From positions 24,118,001-24,182,000 of the forward strand of contig OZ360226.1 of assembly GCA_977017645.1 (NCBI GenBank): DNA of 64,000 nucleotides, in the 5' to 3' direction. Below are positions 1 to 12,268 of the stretch, one piece after another. The first letter of the stretch is position 1; each line of letters begins with the position of its first letter. Made by a program: the position numbers and the translations under genes. A model generated the notes under the pieces. It had not been told where the DNA came from. It made no database searches and was given only the letters and a program-made list of their open reading frames with translations. This DNA is from Torpedo marmorata. Lineage: Eukaryota.

Positions 1-1085
1 TGGATAGGAGATGCCAGAGAGTAGTGGTGGAAAATTGTTTGTCAAATTGGAGGCCGGTGACTAGTGGAGTGCCTCAGGGATCGGTACTGGGTCCATTGTT
101 GTTTGTCATATATATTAATGATCTAGATAATAGGGTGGTAAATTGGATTAGTAAGTATGCAGATGATACGAAGATTGGTGGTGTTGTGGACAGTGAAGAA
201 GGATATCAAAGCTTGCAGGAGGATATTGGACAGTTAGAAGAGTGGGCGGAAACATGGCAGATGGAATTTAATACTGATAAATGTGAGGTGCTACATTTTG
301 GTAGGATTAATAAGCAAAGGTCATACATGTTAAATGGAAGACAATTGAGAAGTGCAGTAGAACAGAGGGATTTAGGAATTCTGGTACATAATTCCCTGAA
401 AGTTGAGTCACACGTAGATAGGGTGGTGAAGAAGGCATTTGGTATATTGGCCTTCATAAATCAGAGTATTGAATATAGGAGTTGGGATGTCATATTGAAG
501 TTGTATAAGGCATTGGTGAGGCCAAATTTGGAATATTGTGTGCAGTTTTGGTCGCCGAATTACAGGAAGGATATAAACAGAATAGAGAGAGTGCAGAGGA
601 GATTTACAAGAATGTTGCCTGGGTTTCTGTGTTTGAGTTATAGGGAAAGGTTGAACAGGCTGGGACTTTATTCCCTGGAGCGTAGAAGGTTGAGGGGTGA
701 TTTGATAGAGGTATTTAAAATTATGAAGGGGAAAGATAGAGTCAATGTGGACAGGCTTTTCCCATTGAGAAAGGGGAAGATTCAAACAAGAGGGCATGGA
801 TTGAAATTGAAGGGGGAAAAGTTTAGAGGAAACATGAGGGGGAATTTCTTCACTCAGAGGGTGGTGGGAGGGTGGATCGAGCTTCCGGCCGAAGTGGTAG
901 ATGTAGGTTCAATTTTAATGTTTAAGGAAAAGTTAGATAGGTATATGGACGAGAGAGGTGTGGAGGGTTATGGGCCAGGTGCGGGTCAGTGGGACTAGGT
1001 GGGAGAATGTGTTCGGCATGGACTAGAAGGGCCGAACTGGCCTGTTTCTGTGCTGTAAATGTTATATGGTTATATGGTTGTATGG
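1..1085 (+). mobile_element. CR1-clade LINE, 3' portion (runs off window start), with short 3' UTR and (ATGGTTAT)n-like tail
   Basis: ORF2 RT motifs GVPQGSVLGPLLF and YADD, CR1 C-terminal region; tail gttatatggttatatggttgtatgg at ~1061-1085. Confidence 0.95.
24..998 (+). CDS. CR1 ORF2 reverse transcriptase, C-terminal 324 aa, uninterrupted
   Basis: GVPQGSVLGP, SKYADDTK, RPNLEYCVQFWSP, RRRLRGDLIEVFK. Confidence 0.9.
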   Translation: MVENCLSNWRPVTSGVPQGSVLGPLLFVIYINDLDNRVVNWISKYADDTKIGGVVDSEEGYQSLQEDIGQLEEWAETWQMEFNTDKCEVLHFGRINKQRSYMLNGRQLRSAVEQRDLGILVHNSLKVESHVDRVVKKAFGILAFINQSIEYRSWDVILKLYKALVRPNLEYCVQFWSPNYRKDINRIERVQRRFTRMLPGFLCLSYRERLNRLGLYSLERRRLRGDLIEVFKIMKGKDRVNVDRLFPLRKGKIQTRGHGLKLKGEKFRGNMRGNFFTQRVVGGWIELPAEVVDVGSILMFKEKLDRYMDERGVEGYGPGAGQWD

Positions 1086-1222
1086 CTCCTTTAAAGCCCG
1101 TGCGGAGCTGACGGCAGTCGACTGGGCGGTTGGACCCCGCGGGAGCGCTGTATCTCCGCTCCTCGCGGGTCCACACCAGCGGCAGCGCTGTCGTTACAGT
1201 GGCTCCGGCAGCACCGCCATCT
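1086..1222 (-). mobile_element. Probable CpG-rich 5' end of a LINE, cut by the CR1 at 1-1085
   Basis: Minus strand starts AAGATGGCGG (YY1-type motif common at fish LINE 5' ends); GC-rich island abutting the CR1 tail. Confidence 0.4.
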
Positions 1223-2105
1223 TTCATATACTTCCTGTAGTTAGGTGACCAAAACTGCACACAAATTCTGCAATTCTGGACTCACCAATGTCTTTTACAA
1301 CTTCACCATAACATCCCAACTCCTATACTCAACACTTTGATTTATAAAGCCCAATGTGCCAAAAGCTCTCTTTAGGACCCTATCTACCTTTGACGCTACT
1401 TTCAGTGAATTACATATCTGTATTCCCTCATCCCTCTGTGTAACCACACTCCTCAGTACCCTACTGTTTACCATGTATGCCTTACCTTGGATTGTTCTTC
1501 CAAAATGCAACACCTCACATTTTTCTGCTTTAAATTCCATCTGCCATTTTGCAGCTAATTTTTCCAGCTGGTCCACATCGCTCTGCAAGCTTTGAAAGCC
1601 TTCCTCACTGTTCACTACACCTCCAATCTTTGTGTCATCTACAAACTTGCTGATCCAATTTACCACATTATTATTCAGATCATTGAAATAGATGACAAAC
1701 AACAATGAACCAAGCACTGATCCTTGAGGCTCACCACTAGTCACAGCCCTCCAGTCAGAGAGGCAATCATCAATACCACTCTCTGGCTTCTCCTGTAAAG
1801 CCAGTATCTAATCCAATTTACTACCTCATCATGAACACTGAGTGACTGAACCTTCCTGACTAATGTTCCATGCGGGACCTTGTCAAAGGCCTTACTAAAG
1901 TCCATGTAGACCACATCCACGGCATTTCCTTCATTAACTTTCCTGGTAACCTTGAAAAATTCTATAAGATTGGTTAAGCATGACCAACCACATACAAAGT
2001 CATGTTGACTGTCCCTAATCAGTCCCTGTCTGTCCAAATACTTTTATATCCAATCTCTTAGAACACCTTCCAATAACATACCTACGATTGATGTCAGGCT
2101 CACCT
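1223..2105 (-). pseudogene. Degenerate CR1 ORF2 RT fragment
   Basis: ORFs 1741-2037 (YMDFSKAFDKVPH) and 1295-1744 (PQGSVLG, KFVDDTK), frameshifted relative to each other. Confidence 0.9.
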
Positions 2106-2109
2106 GATG

Positions 2110-2450
2110 ATTGGGAACATTTTTAAAACCACTAAGAAAGCATGAAGAAAGGAAAGGCAGAATTAGCACAGAATATAAAAACAGATAGTAAAAGTTATAA
2201 ATATATAAAGTGGAAAAGAATGGCTAAAGTAAACATAAATCCCTTAGAAGGTAAGGGGGAGTTAATAATAGGTAATGCGGAAATGACAGAGGCCTTGAAC
2301 AAGTATTTTGTGTCTGACTTCACAGTAAATGACACAGGTAATGAGCCAAAGATCAGTGTAATCACAATCACTAAAGAAGTAGTTCTGGGCAAACTAGTGG
2401 GCTTAAAGGTCGATAAATCACTTATGAATATGTATCCCCAGTCCCTCTGA
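2110..2450 (+). pseudogene. CR1 ORF2 linker-region fragment
   Basis: LAQNIKTDSKS..EMTEALNKYFVS..VLGKLVGLKVDKS resembles the CR1 EN-RT linker. Confidence 0.7.
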
Positions 2451-2964
2451 ATGCACATGGCTTTCAAATATTGTGTTTATATCATTCTGCCTCCCCCATT
2501 GTGTCTCGCTATGTGTCACATCACATACAGGTATATTCACCTTTATTTTGTTTTCACCATGTCTCAGCTTCTTACACGTGTCTGACTCAGTCCTCCTGAA
2601 GTCTACTACTACCATGCTCACTAATTTGTTTGTTGCAAAGTTTTGCACCATCTTCAGGTTCTGTGAAATTGACTCCAATTCCATCCAGTACATTAACCAA
2701 TGAAGGAAATATTCCCAGTAATGACCACTGGAGATCTCTCTGCATACTCGTCACCATTGAGATAATCATTTGTTCACTCCTACTTTCTGCCTCTTACCCC
2801 TGAGTCAATTATGGATCTGAGTGTTCACTGTCCTTTTAATAGCATGTGCTTCTTCTTTCTTAATGCTTATTTAAGGCCGTTTATCAATTACCTTTTAAAT
2901 CCCAAAGGTAAAAATACAATCATTTTACTGTATCAACCTTCTCTCTTACTTCCTGAGAAGTGGC

Positions 2965-3295
2965 ATTTTTACAGAGCTGCTGCCTCACAGCTCCAGTGAC
3001 TTGGGCTGTCTGGGTGGAGTTTGCACGGTCTCACTTTGACTGCTTGGATTTCCTTCAGGTCCTCCACTTTTCTCCCATATCCCTAAAAATATGTGCGCTG
3101 GCAGTTTCATTGGCCACTGTAAATTGCCCTTATTGTATTGAGGAGTGGTAAACTCAGGGAGTGTTATGGGTAAGGGTGCAGTTTCATGGGAATTTAGAAA
3201 GAGCAGAACTGATTCGGGAAGAATTAGTCATAAATGGATGGTTGATGGTCAGCTCAGAGATAGCTGAGGGCTTATTTCCAGTCTGTATCTCTCTG
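2965..3295 (+). mobile_element. Degenerate V-SINE/HE1-type tRNA-derived SINE
   Basis: gctgctgcctcacagctccagtgac...gtggagtttgcac...ttggccactgtaaattgccc central domain, CR1-like tail. Confidence 0.7.
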
Positions 3296-4324
3296 TGTCA
3301 TCGTTTAATGTATTGGCCTGTACTGGCAATGCTGTGGTCCTATGGCACCATGCATATTTCTAAGGAGGATTGGAAGATAAAGTTCAAAGTTCTCCTTTAC
3401 TATTCTTGTTTCCATTAGTAGTTCACGATCACTTGCTAACAGGGTGATGCCAACCTCTGCTCTGTTCTATCAATAACCACATCCTCATTTAGATGTCATT
3501 TTCATTCATGCCCTTCTCCACAAGAACATTCCCATTTGTCATTAATTGGCCAACCTACACCTTCAAGGGTTCACATTTTTCTGTATTTCCTTTTATATTA
3601 CAATTTCTATTTCCTTCCGCACTCTTGTGCCATTGTTATTTCCTTTTCAATGTTCCTGTGCTCTTTTCTGCATGTATCCCCATCCTGGCATCTGTCATAA
3701 ACCTTTTTTGCTCCTGTTCATGTTACTTTCTTTATTACCCAGTGATCTGTTGCTTTAGATCCTTTTCTACCTATGGGAGTATGCTTGGTTTATCTCTACT
3801 TTGAACATCACTCACAGGTCAGCTTTCATTTTCAAATGCTGAAACTGTCTTCCAGTTGCATATTTTTTCACTTTCTTAATATTATTCTTAATCCCCATGT
3901 ACAGCTACCTTAAATCTAATTATATTGTGATCACAAAATGATAATCAATTTGCTCTATTTCATCTGGATCGGTCATTACCTCCTCACACTGAATGAAGTA
4001 GTTTCTCCTGTACAAAATCAGGGAATTCTGCTCCCTCTGTACCCAAGTGTGCTCACCATCTTAAGGTCTGTAGTAAACACCCAACAATGGAACAGGTCTC
4101 TTCTATTTTCTAATTCAAATTAAATTGACATTTTGTGGAATTATGATATTATTTCTGATCATTACGTTTACCCAACTTCTTATTTTCAAATTTCCCAGGC
4201 CCCTCTGAATACATTGTGCCCAGGAATAGTTGTTCCTATTCCTGCCCATGTTTAAGTCAGGTCTCTGCAACAATCAAAATATCACATGAGTTAGCACACA
4301 CCTCTCCATGTCTGTCCACGGCCT

Positions 4325-4775
4325 TGTGTACTGCCAAATCAAGGGTACCCACAAATTGGAGGTACAACACCTTGTATTCTATCTCGGCAGTCTCTAACCA
4401 GATGGCATCAATACTGACTTCTCCAATTTCCGTTAGACCCCTCCCCCAAGTCTCTCTTTCCCTACCCTTCTGTCTCCTTCAACTCCCCATCCCCTTCCCT
4501 TCCTTCTCCGATCAGAGAGCTACCCTCAGTCCTCTCCCCCATCACTTCCCAGCTTCTCTCCTACCCTCCCATCTATAAGCTCTCATTTGTTAGTCTGCCC
4601 CTCCCCCTCCTCCCTCTCCTTCTCCTCCTCCCCCCTTCTCCCCCCTTTTCATTCGAGTGTCTACCAGTTTGTCCAGATTCCTGACGAAGGGCTCAGGCCC
4701 ATAAAGTTGACTGCCTTTTACTTCCTATGGATGCTGCATGACCCATTGAGTTTCTTCAACACTTTTGTGTATTAG
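4325..4775 (+). mobile_element. Penelope-like element 3' end (GIY-YIG C-terminus, 3' UTR, degenerate hammerhead motif)
   Basis: Similar to the 3' end of the PLE at 22420-24030; cctgacgaagggctcaggccc at ~4680. Confidence 0.75.
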
Positions 4776-5604
4776 CAAACACCACAGCTCATCAACCTGT
4801 AATCATAATCCTTGGATTACATTTAACAGTCCAGCCCATGGTTCATCAAAAGACCCATATGAGTGTGAAACAAACATGCCAAACACTTGTAAAAGAATAG
4901 TCACTCGAGAAAATAACCACAAACAAAGAGATTTAAAATTCAGTTAAAAATGTTAAGAAGGATTATGTGAAAGGACAGGAGGAGGTAGTGAGATGCAGCC
5001 CTTGGTCAGTGTAATCCCCTCCAGTCCTTTATGGTTGGTTTTGCTTGCTGGTTGACTGTAGCCACCAAAAGTGGTAAAAAAAAATAGGACATTGGTTAAC
5101 AATACAAATATTTTTCTGTAAATTTCAGTTTTTTAATACATTTATTCTTGGCGCAGAAGTCTTCTTGGGACTCCTTGGATAGAAGATTAATTCTCTGGCA
5201 ACTAGTATTAATCACATTTTCATTTATATGTGTTTAAACTAGTTTTTAATTGCTTGTTACATTTTGGTCATACATTTTGAAACAACCATTTCACATGGTC
5301 AGAATTATATCTACCCTTAGTTCGGAAGGAGCATGACATAACTAGCTTCCCCGATCTGTGAAGTTAGGTGACAGTTGTGTCATTGAAGCATAATGTGAAA
5401 GTTGATCATTTTACTTTGATAATTAGGGAACGCCTGTACAATCAGTCAACGCCCACACTCCTGATGAGCAATGAGTTAGTACAATTAGCTAGCAATCCGC
5501 ATCAATGAAGTATGTGAAAATACATCTTTTTTGCTTCATTTATTTCAGAAATAAAGAGCTTTGGATCTGAGGGATCACTTGGCAACTTGTCTCAAACCTA
5601 ATTC

Positions 5605-5889
5605 ACAAACGCGCTGGAGAAACTCAGCAGGTTATGCAGTGTCCAGAGGAATGAAAGGGTAACCAACATTTCGGGCCTGGGTCCTTCATCAGATATCGTA
5701 ACAGCTACCGATGCCTCGAATGACGCAGCATGTTTGTGTATTTCATTCATTATACCTGACGAAGGGGCCCAGGTCCAAAATGTTGCTTACCCTTTCCTTC
5801 CTATTGATGCTGCATGACATGCTAAGTTTCGTCAGCATATTTGTGCACTGCACTCAACCCCAGAGTCTACAGACTTTCTTGTTTAACTC
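5605..5889. mobile_element. Fold-back Penelope-derived mini-element with two inverted hammerhead-motif arms
   Basis: gctggagaaactcagcagg...ttcatcag (minus-strand CTGATGA...GAAA at 5659-5692) mirrored by cctgacgaagggg...gctaagtttcgtcagca. Confidence 0.75.
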
Positions 5890-5929
5890 TTTTGTCCCAA
5901 AGGCAAGTCAAAACTAACTGGTAAATAGG

Positions 5930-6473
5930 TATACTGTATATACGCATGTAATAGTCGATACCGTGTAAAAGTTGACTCCTTATTTTGGCCCCGGCCGCCC
6001 GCCCATCCGAGCTCCCGACTCCCAACCGCCATCTCTTGCCTCGGCCACCCGCCCACCAGAGCTCCCAACACCACGACCGCGGAATCTCGCCTAGGCCGCC
6101 CACCCATCTGAGCTCCTGATGCTCTGACCGCGGACCCTTGCTTCGGCCGCCCACCCATCGGAGCTTCCGATGGCCCGACCGCGAACCCTCGCCTCGGCCG
6201 GCCCCCACCAGAGCTCCTGACACTCCGACCACGGATCCTCGCCTTGACCGCCCACCCACCCAAGTTCCTGATGCCTCGACCGCAGACCCTCACCTCAGTC
6301 ACCTGCCCATCCGACCGCGGATCCTCACCTCAGCCGCTTGCCCATTCGAGCTCCCGATGTCCTGACCGCAGACCCTCACCTCGGCCACCCGCCCATCCGA
6401 GCTCCTGACGCCTCGAATGATGAGATACTAATCGCGGTCAAAAGTAGTATTCGTGAAATAGTCAACCCCCTAA
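5930..6473. mobile_element. One end of a probable Tc2/pogo-type non-autonomous DNA transposon carrying a GC-rich minisatellite
   Basis: TA+CTGTATATAC..TAATAGTCGA terminus resembles TcMar-Tc2-type TIRs; the opposite TIR was not found. Confidence 0.4.
5990..6415 (+). repeat. GC-rich minisatellite, ~51-bp unit, ~8 diverged copies
   Basis: gcctcggccacccgcccatccgagctcctga...gaccgc unit recurs at ~6038, 6089, 6140, 6191, 6241, 6292, 6378. Confidence 0.85.
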
Positions 6474-6488
6474 ATCTGGTTAGGGGAC

Positions 6489-7068
6489 TATAGAGATTTT
6501 GATCCAACAATAGTCACTTGGAGGCTAAGTGAGATACTTGTTTTTGACGTGTTTCAATTAATTTACTAACAAAGTCCGATATGTTCAAAAAACTTTATTT
6601 ACACACGTGACTTGCAGCAATCTTCAATGACTTAAATATAAACAGTTCTTGATAACGATATTTAATGAGTTCCTTTAAACGATTCATTTGACTGTATTTA
6701 GATGTTCAATTAAATGACTTTAAAACATAATAAAACTAGCTTAAATGTTCAATGAAACGTGGTTAAATGTTCCATGAAACGGTCAATAAAAGATTTGGCG
6801 ATCTCACTCACCCTCCTCTAAGCCTCCATCTTTTTCCCATTCTTTTTCCCGATTCGCGCATGCTCAATGCGCCTATTTCACCGCGCATACTCCACCGCGC
6901 ACACTGCTGTCAATTCCCAACTGCGCATGCGCCCGTCGGCACTCTAGCACATGCGCAGAGTACTAAATAGGCCTAGCACGGCCTACAAACACCGCGACTC
7001 CTCCGTGACCCGCCGAGAACACCGCAGCGCCGCGATCAAGGTAAGTAATCAAGCCTACGGCTCTTACA
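6489..7068 (-). repeat. 3' LTR of BEL copy 1
   Basis: Near-identical to 11703-12268; TGTAAGAG...TATA in element orientation. Confidence 0.95.
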
Positions 7069-7488
7069 CCGGCCCCTAATTATTATAATTAGACGCAATG
7101 TCTTAAATAATAATTACACAATAAATTATAAATAACAATAACCATAACATTCAAACAATATACAAATCTTCTTTCTTCATAAGACCAGAGTTTACCATAA
7201 CTCTGAATCAACAAAAAGTCTGTAACCTGTGAAGTATACAACAACAAATAAAGTCAGTTTGTATTTATCAAAGTTCCTCCGTCTCCAACAGAAGGAAGAC
7301 CTTGTTAATAAGTCTATTTAGAAAGCCAGTCTTAGTTTTAATTCGCACTTGACGCCAAGTCCCCTTTTGTCCTGAATAGTCTCAATAATTTTTCCAAGTA
7401 ACCAGGAGTTTCTTGGAGTTGAATTATCCATAATAATTACAATGTCTCTTTAAAGTTCTTTTATCTCCATAATCTTTGAGTTAAAATG

Positions 7489-10400
7489 TCAAACAGTAAA
7501 CCTCCAATCTTCCTCAGACAAAATAGATACAGTTTTCCTTTTGAATTTAACACGAGGTACTTCTTCAGCATGTCGTTTCAGTTTATTCCTTTCTTCAGCA
7601 TTCCACTTCTCATGTGAAGAATTTAAACTCTTAGAACTAGAATTTGAATGTTTATCTGATCCTTTAGATTTTAATAAACAGGTCTCTTTAACCACTCTGG
7701 TTTCTATTGCCTTTTCCTGCAATTCCAAATCCAATTTTGCAACTTTCAATTCAGTCTCAGTTCTTTCCGAGAAATTAATAATTTGATCTGAAGTCAAAAT
7801 ATCATGTGATACATTGATATTTCTATTGTCAACCCTGCTACGGAAAACTTGAAATTTTTAAATTTCTTCATCTTGCTTGTTACATTTCTGCAATGCAATA
7901 TCACATTCTTTCTGCATTGTTAATAGCTGAACATTCAATTTACATTCTTGATTGTTTTTTATAGTCAACTATTTTGAGTTATTAACCAATAACGTTCTCT
8001 TTCAAAATATTAATCTCTTCCTCCAACCTTTTACATTTTGATAATGCTGAATCTCTTTCCTCAATAACTGTATTCATTTCTTCAGCAGTTATTCTTTTCT
8101 TCCGTTTTCTGACTTTGCGAATTTTACTTACAATTAAATCTTTCTGTTTACTGTTTTCATGATTATCTAATATTTCCAATTCCCCTTTCAACATTTTGTT
8201 CTCTGAATTCAATTGCATTAAATTAAAATTCACATTTTTCTTTATTCCATCAGCACAATTTTCTGTGTTCTCCAGTTTTACATCACATTGCAAAATTTCT
8301 TCATTAGCTTTGTCTGTTGTAACCTCTGAACTACAAAATCTACATACAGATTTGTTTTCAGTCACTTGTTTTATTCCTATATCTGATTCAATTACACATG
8401 AATAATCAATAGTATTATTTGCAACATCTTCTAATACTTCACTTTCATTCATTTCTGATGAAAATAATTCCTTCAATGTTGTTTTAAATACCCTTGATTT
8501 ATTTTCACATTGATCTGTTTTCTTTTCTTCAAAAGTGATTTTCTTATTCACAGTTTTTTGCTCTTCGCTTAACTCATCAACTTTCACAACCGAAATTCTA
8601 TTAATATTTATCGCTAACTGTTCCTGACAATATCATTATTTCTTTCCAATGGTCCATTGATTGTCCAACCAAGCTTGGTTCTAATAGCGTAAGGTCCATT
8701 CCTTCTACTCTGTATTACTTCTAGTGGTTCCAAAACCTTTGGCACATCTGAACCAATCAGCATTTCTATCTCAGAATTAATTTCAGGTAAATAAACCTTC
8801 CACAGATAAGCTAAATGATGGATATCTTTTTGATGAGGAATACTTCTTTCATGCACAGGCATAGTCTTCTGAGTATATAAACTTTGAAGATCACAAAAAT
8901 TTTTGTCATCCAATCCAGCAACCTCTAAGCCTGAAACAATGCTGGTTTCAACTACCTTTTCTTGTCCCATGGTTTTCAACATAATTCTTGACCTTCTTCC
9001 TTGAATATTAAGTTTGTTCATTAGTCCTTCCATGCAAAAAGATGCAGTGCTGCCTGGGTCTAGAAATGCATATGTTTGTACTGTTGCATCCCCTTTCTTG
9101 GTCTTTACTTGTACAGGCACGATCGAAAGTTTGAAGTTATCCACACCGGCCCCAGTAAGACCACTTGTCTGAACCGAGGTTATAACATTGTTTTCTGTTG
9201 TTTCCTTTGTTTCTGTTTGCTCCTTTTCCAATTCCTTGTTTCTGTTATGGATATGCAACATTCTAGAATGTTTCAAATTGCATATGTTACAATTAATTTG
9301 CTTCTCGCAGTTTTTACTGATGTGCCCTTTACACAGACAGCTAAAACATATTCCATTTTCCTTTAAGAAAGCGATCTTCTCCTTATGTTCCTTCTTTTCC
9401 AATCATAAACACATTTCCAAAGAATGTCCACCTTTACAGAACAAACAACTCTTTTCATCAGGCAAACTTTCCTTTTCCTTATTTACTTTGTCCTTTTTTT
9501 TATTTATAACTGACACATTAGTAGCAAAAGTACTCCTTTTCAATTTCGGACTAGGCTGTGAGTTAGACCTCCTTACATCTTTGCCCATTGAATTGTCTCT
9601 GGTATTTCCATATATTGGATCTGTTTCAATGTACACCTGTCGTTCAAGAAAATTTACCAAATCTTTTAAGGTAGCTCTTCGACCGTAATTTCCTTGTAAA
9701 TCACAAGCCAAATTTCTCCATCTATCCCATAACTTGTAAGGTAATTTTTCTAAGATGATTCGCATATTACCAGGCACTTCAAGCTCACGAATATTATCGA
9801 TATCTTCCATGGCATTACAACATCCTCTTAAAAATAGAGTATATTCTTGTAGAGCCTTTACATTATTTTGTTTTATTGATGTCCATTTAAGAGCTTTACC
9901 CATATAAGCTAAAGCAATTCGATGCTTGTTGCCAAAATGTTGTTCCAGTAAAGTCTTAGCTCTGTCTAATCCTCTTTCTGAGGACATATGTTGACATCTC
10001 TTTACCAGTTCTTTTGGATGTCCCTTTGTGAACATTTCCAAATAATAAAGACATTCATCACGATCTTGGCATTTATTTTCAATATTGCGTTTGAAAGATT
10101 TCATAAATGATTAATACTGAAGTGGATCTCCATCAAAAATTTGTATCTCTTTCTTGGGTAAAGAAGAGAGAGACTGTAACTGAATCAATGATGCAGCGAT
10201 TTCATTTTGTCTTTCCTTGGATGACAATACATTGTTCTGTTCACCGTCTCTTGTTGCAGGTAATGTATCTGGAAACCTCACTGGTATAGTTTCTTCCATA
10301 TTTCTGATGCTTGACTCAAATAACAAGGAAGCTGCATCGTTCGACCGAACCCAAGCCGCATCTTTGTCTTCAGATGTTACCACTGGTACATGCGACTCGA

Positions 10401-11331
10401 TACCAATATGCTCTTGAAAGATTTGTCCTTGTATATGCAAGTCTTGTATCCTTGGTTCTAAAATATCTACCCTTTTGGTTGGTTTATTTTCCTGTGACTC
10501 TTTTTTTAAATATGACCTTTTATTATCAGACACTTTAGTTAATTTACTTCTAGCACCAGATACCATTGAGCCTTCTATTGCTTTCTTTTTTGCCTTGGCA
10601 ATAGTAATGTTTGCTTCCAGCTCCTGCTGTTCTTTTCTCTGCCTTAGCTGCTCCTTCTCTTGTCTTAGCTGCTCCTCCTTTTGTCTTAGCTGCTCCTCCT
10701 GTCGTTCTAAATTATGTTTATCCTTAAGCGTATTTTGTTGTGCAAGAAGAGCGGCCAAGTCAACTTCAATCTTTGTACGTGACGATGCAGAACTTGAAGT
10801 ACGAGAAACTCTGGAGCTCAAACCAGAACTTTGTTTGCTTCTCCTGCTTTCAGCATTTGAGACACTGTCACTTGCTTGTATTTCGTCCTGCAGGTCATAT
10901 GTTGTCTTCATACTTACCTCTTTCTCCAATTCGAATTGTACATCCTTTGCATCTTCAGCCTCTTCATTTTCTTCATCCTCTTCATTTGGTGACACAATTT
11001 CAGCCATTTCCACGTTATCTTCTTGTTCATCTAATGAAGCTGCCTCTTCTTCCTTTGCCAGCTTCAATCTTGCGATGAGAACCTTTTTATTTCCACTTAT
11101 GTCCTTTTTCAGTCGCTTCAATTCTTCTTTAATATCCGCGACCTTCATGTCTTTAATACGTTGGTCCTTAACAGCAACATCAGCGGTTGCTGCGTCAGCT
11201 GCTGATACATCAGTGGCTGCTGCATCAGAGGCTGCTATGGCCACTTTACTCGTCTTGTTCCACTGTCCTTCAAGCATACACAACACTAGCCTAATCAACA
11301 GTCCCCAATGGACCAGCGGCAGCAAATCCAA
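7489..11331 (-). pseudogene. SAP-Gag-protease-MIPOL1-like polyprotein of copy 1, broken by stops/frameshifts
   Basis: ORFs 10111-11331 (SAP, coiled coil, FDGDPLQY), 9403-10104 (Gag core), 8614-9402 (CFSCLCKGHISKNC, AFLDPGS), 7982-8587 (ITAEEM..IEERDSALSKCKRLE), 7489-7797. Confidence 0.9.
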
Positions 11332-11702
11332 TCTGTGTTCTAACTTGCCAAAGATACACAGAAGGAGTCCACAGACTTATGCCTACCACTTCAAATGACT
11401 GTAATGTGCTGCTATTCACAAACGAGTTTCATCCACAACATCCATCAATAATATCGCTGATTTTCCAAAAATGGTTTCTCCAACGTATTTATAGTACACT
11501 TTACTATAAGATTTGAAGCTTTAAATCCCTCTCTGGCTGTTACTCATGGCAGATGGATGTGGATTACAAACTGCCTCCTACTCGAGGCATCTCCAAGATG
11601 GCCACTATTTTATTTTAAATATCAGTCCAAAGCACAGAGAGATTATTCTATCTTCTTTCCTTTAATTTTCTGTTCCAAACAACCTCTTTTATTGACTAAT
11701 AA

Positions 11703-12268
11703 TATAGTGACTTTGATCCAACAATAGTCACTTGGAGGCTAGGTGAGACACTTGTTCTTGACGCATTTCAATTAATTTACTAACAAAGTCTGATATGTTC
11801 AAAAAACTTTATTTACACACGTGACTTGCAGCAATCTTCAATGACTTAAATATAAACAGTACTTGATAACTATGTTTAATGAGTTCCTTTAAACGATTCC
11901 TTTGACTGTATTTAGATTTTCAATTAAATGACTTTAAAACATAATAAAACGAGTTTAAATGTTCAATGAAACGTGGTTAAATGTTCCACGAAATGATCAA
12001 TAAAAGATTTGGCGATCTCACTCACCCTCCTCTAAGCCTCCAACTTTTTCCCATTCTTTTTCCCGATTCGCGCATGCTCAATGCGCACACTCCACCGCGC
12101 ACACTGCCGTCAATTCCCAACTGCGCATGCGCCCGTTGGCTCTCTAGCGCATGCGCAGAGTACTAAATAGGCCTAGCACGGCCTACAAACACCGCGACTC
12201 CTCTGTAATCCACCGAGAACATCGCAGCGCCGCGACCAAGGTAAGTAATCAAGCCTACGGCTCTTACA
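11703..12268 (-). repeat. 5' LTR of BEL copy 1
   Basis: Near-identical to 6489-7068. Confidence 0.95.

Larger units (their letters stand above)
6489..12268 (-). mobile_element. BEL/Pao-derived non-autonomous LTR element, copy 1 (5-bp TSD GGGAC)
   Basis: Paired LTRs 6489-7068 and 11703-12268; GGGAC at 6484-6488 and 12269-12273; PPT-like TAATTAGGGGCCGG before the 3' LTR; gag-protease present, no RT/RH/IN core. Confidence 0.95.

Noticed and set aside
5867-6365. Overlapping GC-rich ORFs on both strands
   Set aside because: By-products of the 51-bp minisatellite
10475-11398. 307-aa plus-strand ORF (and similar antisense ORFs at 30427-31026, 46383-47030)
   Set aside because: Ser/Leu-rich mirror of the Glu/Lys-rich gag strand; extent differs between copies and no domain is recognisable
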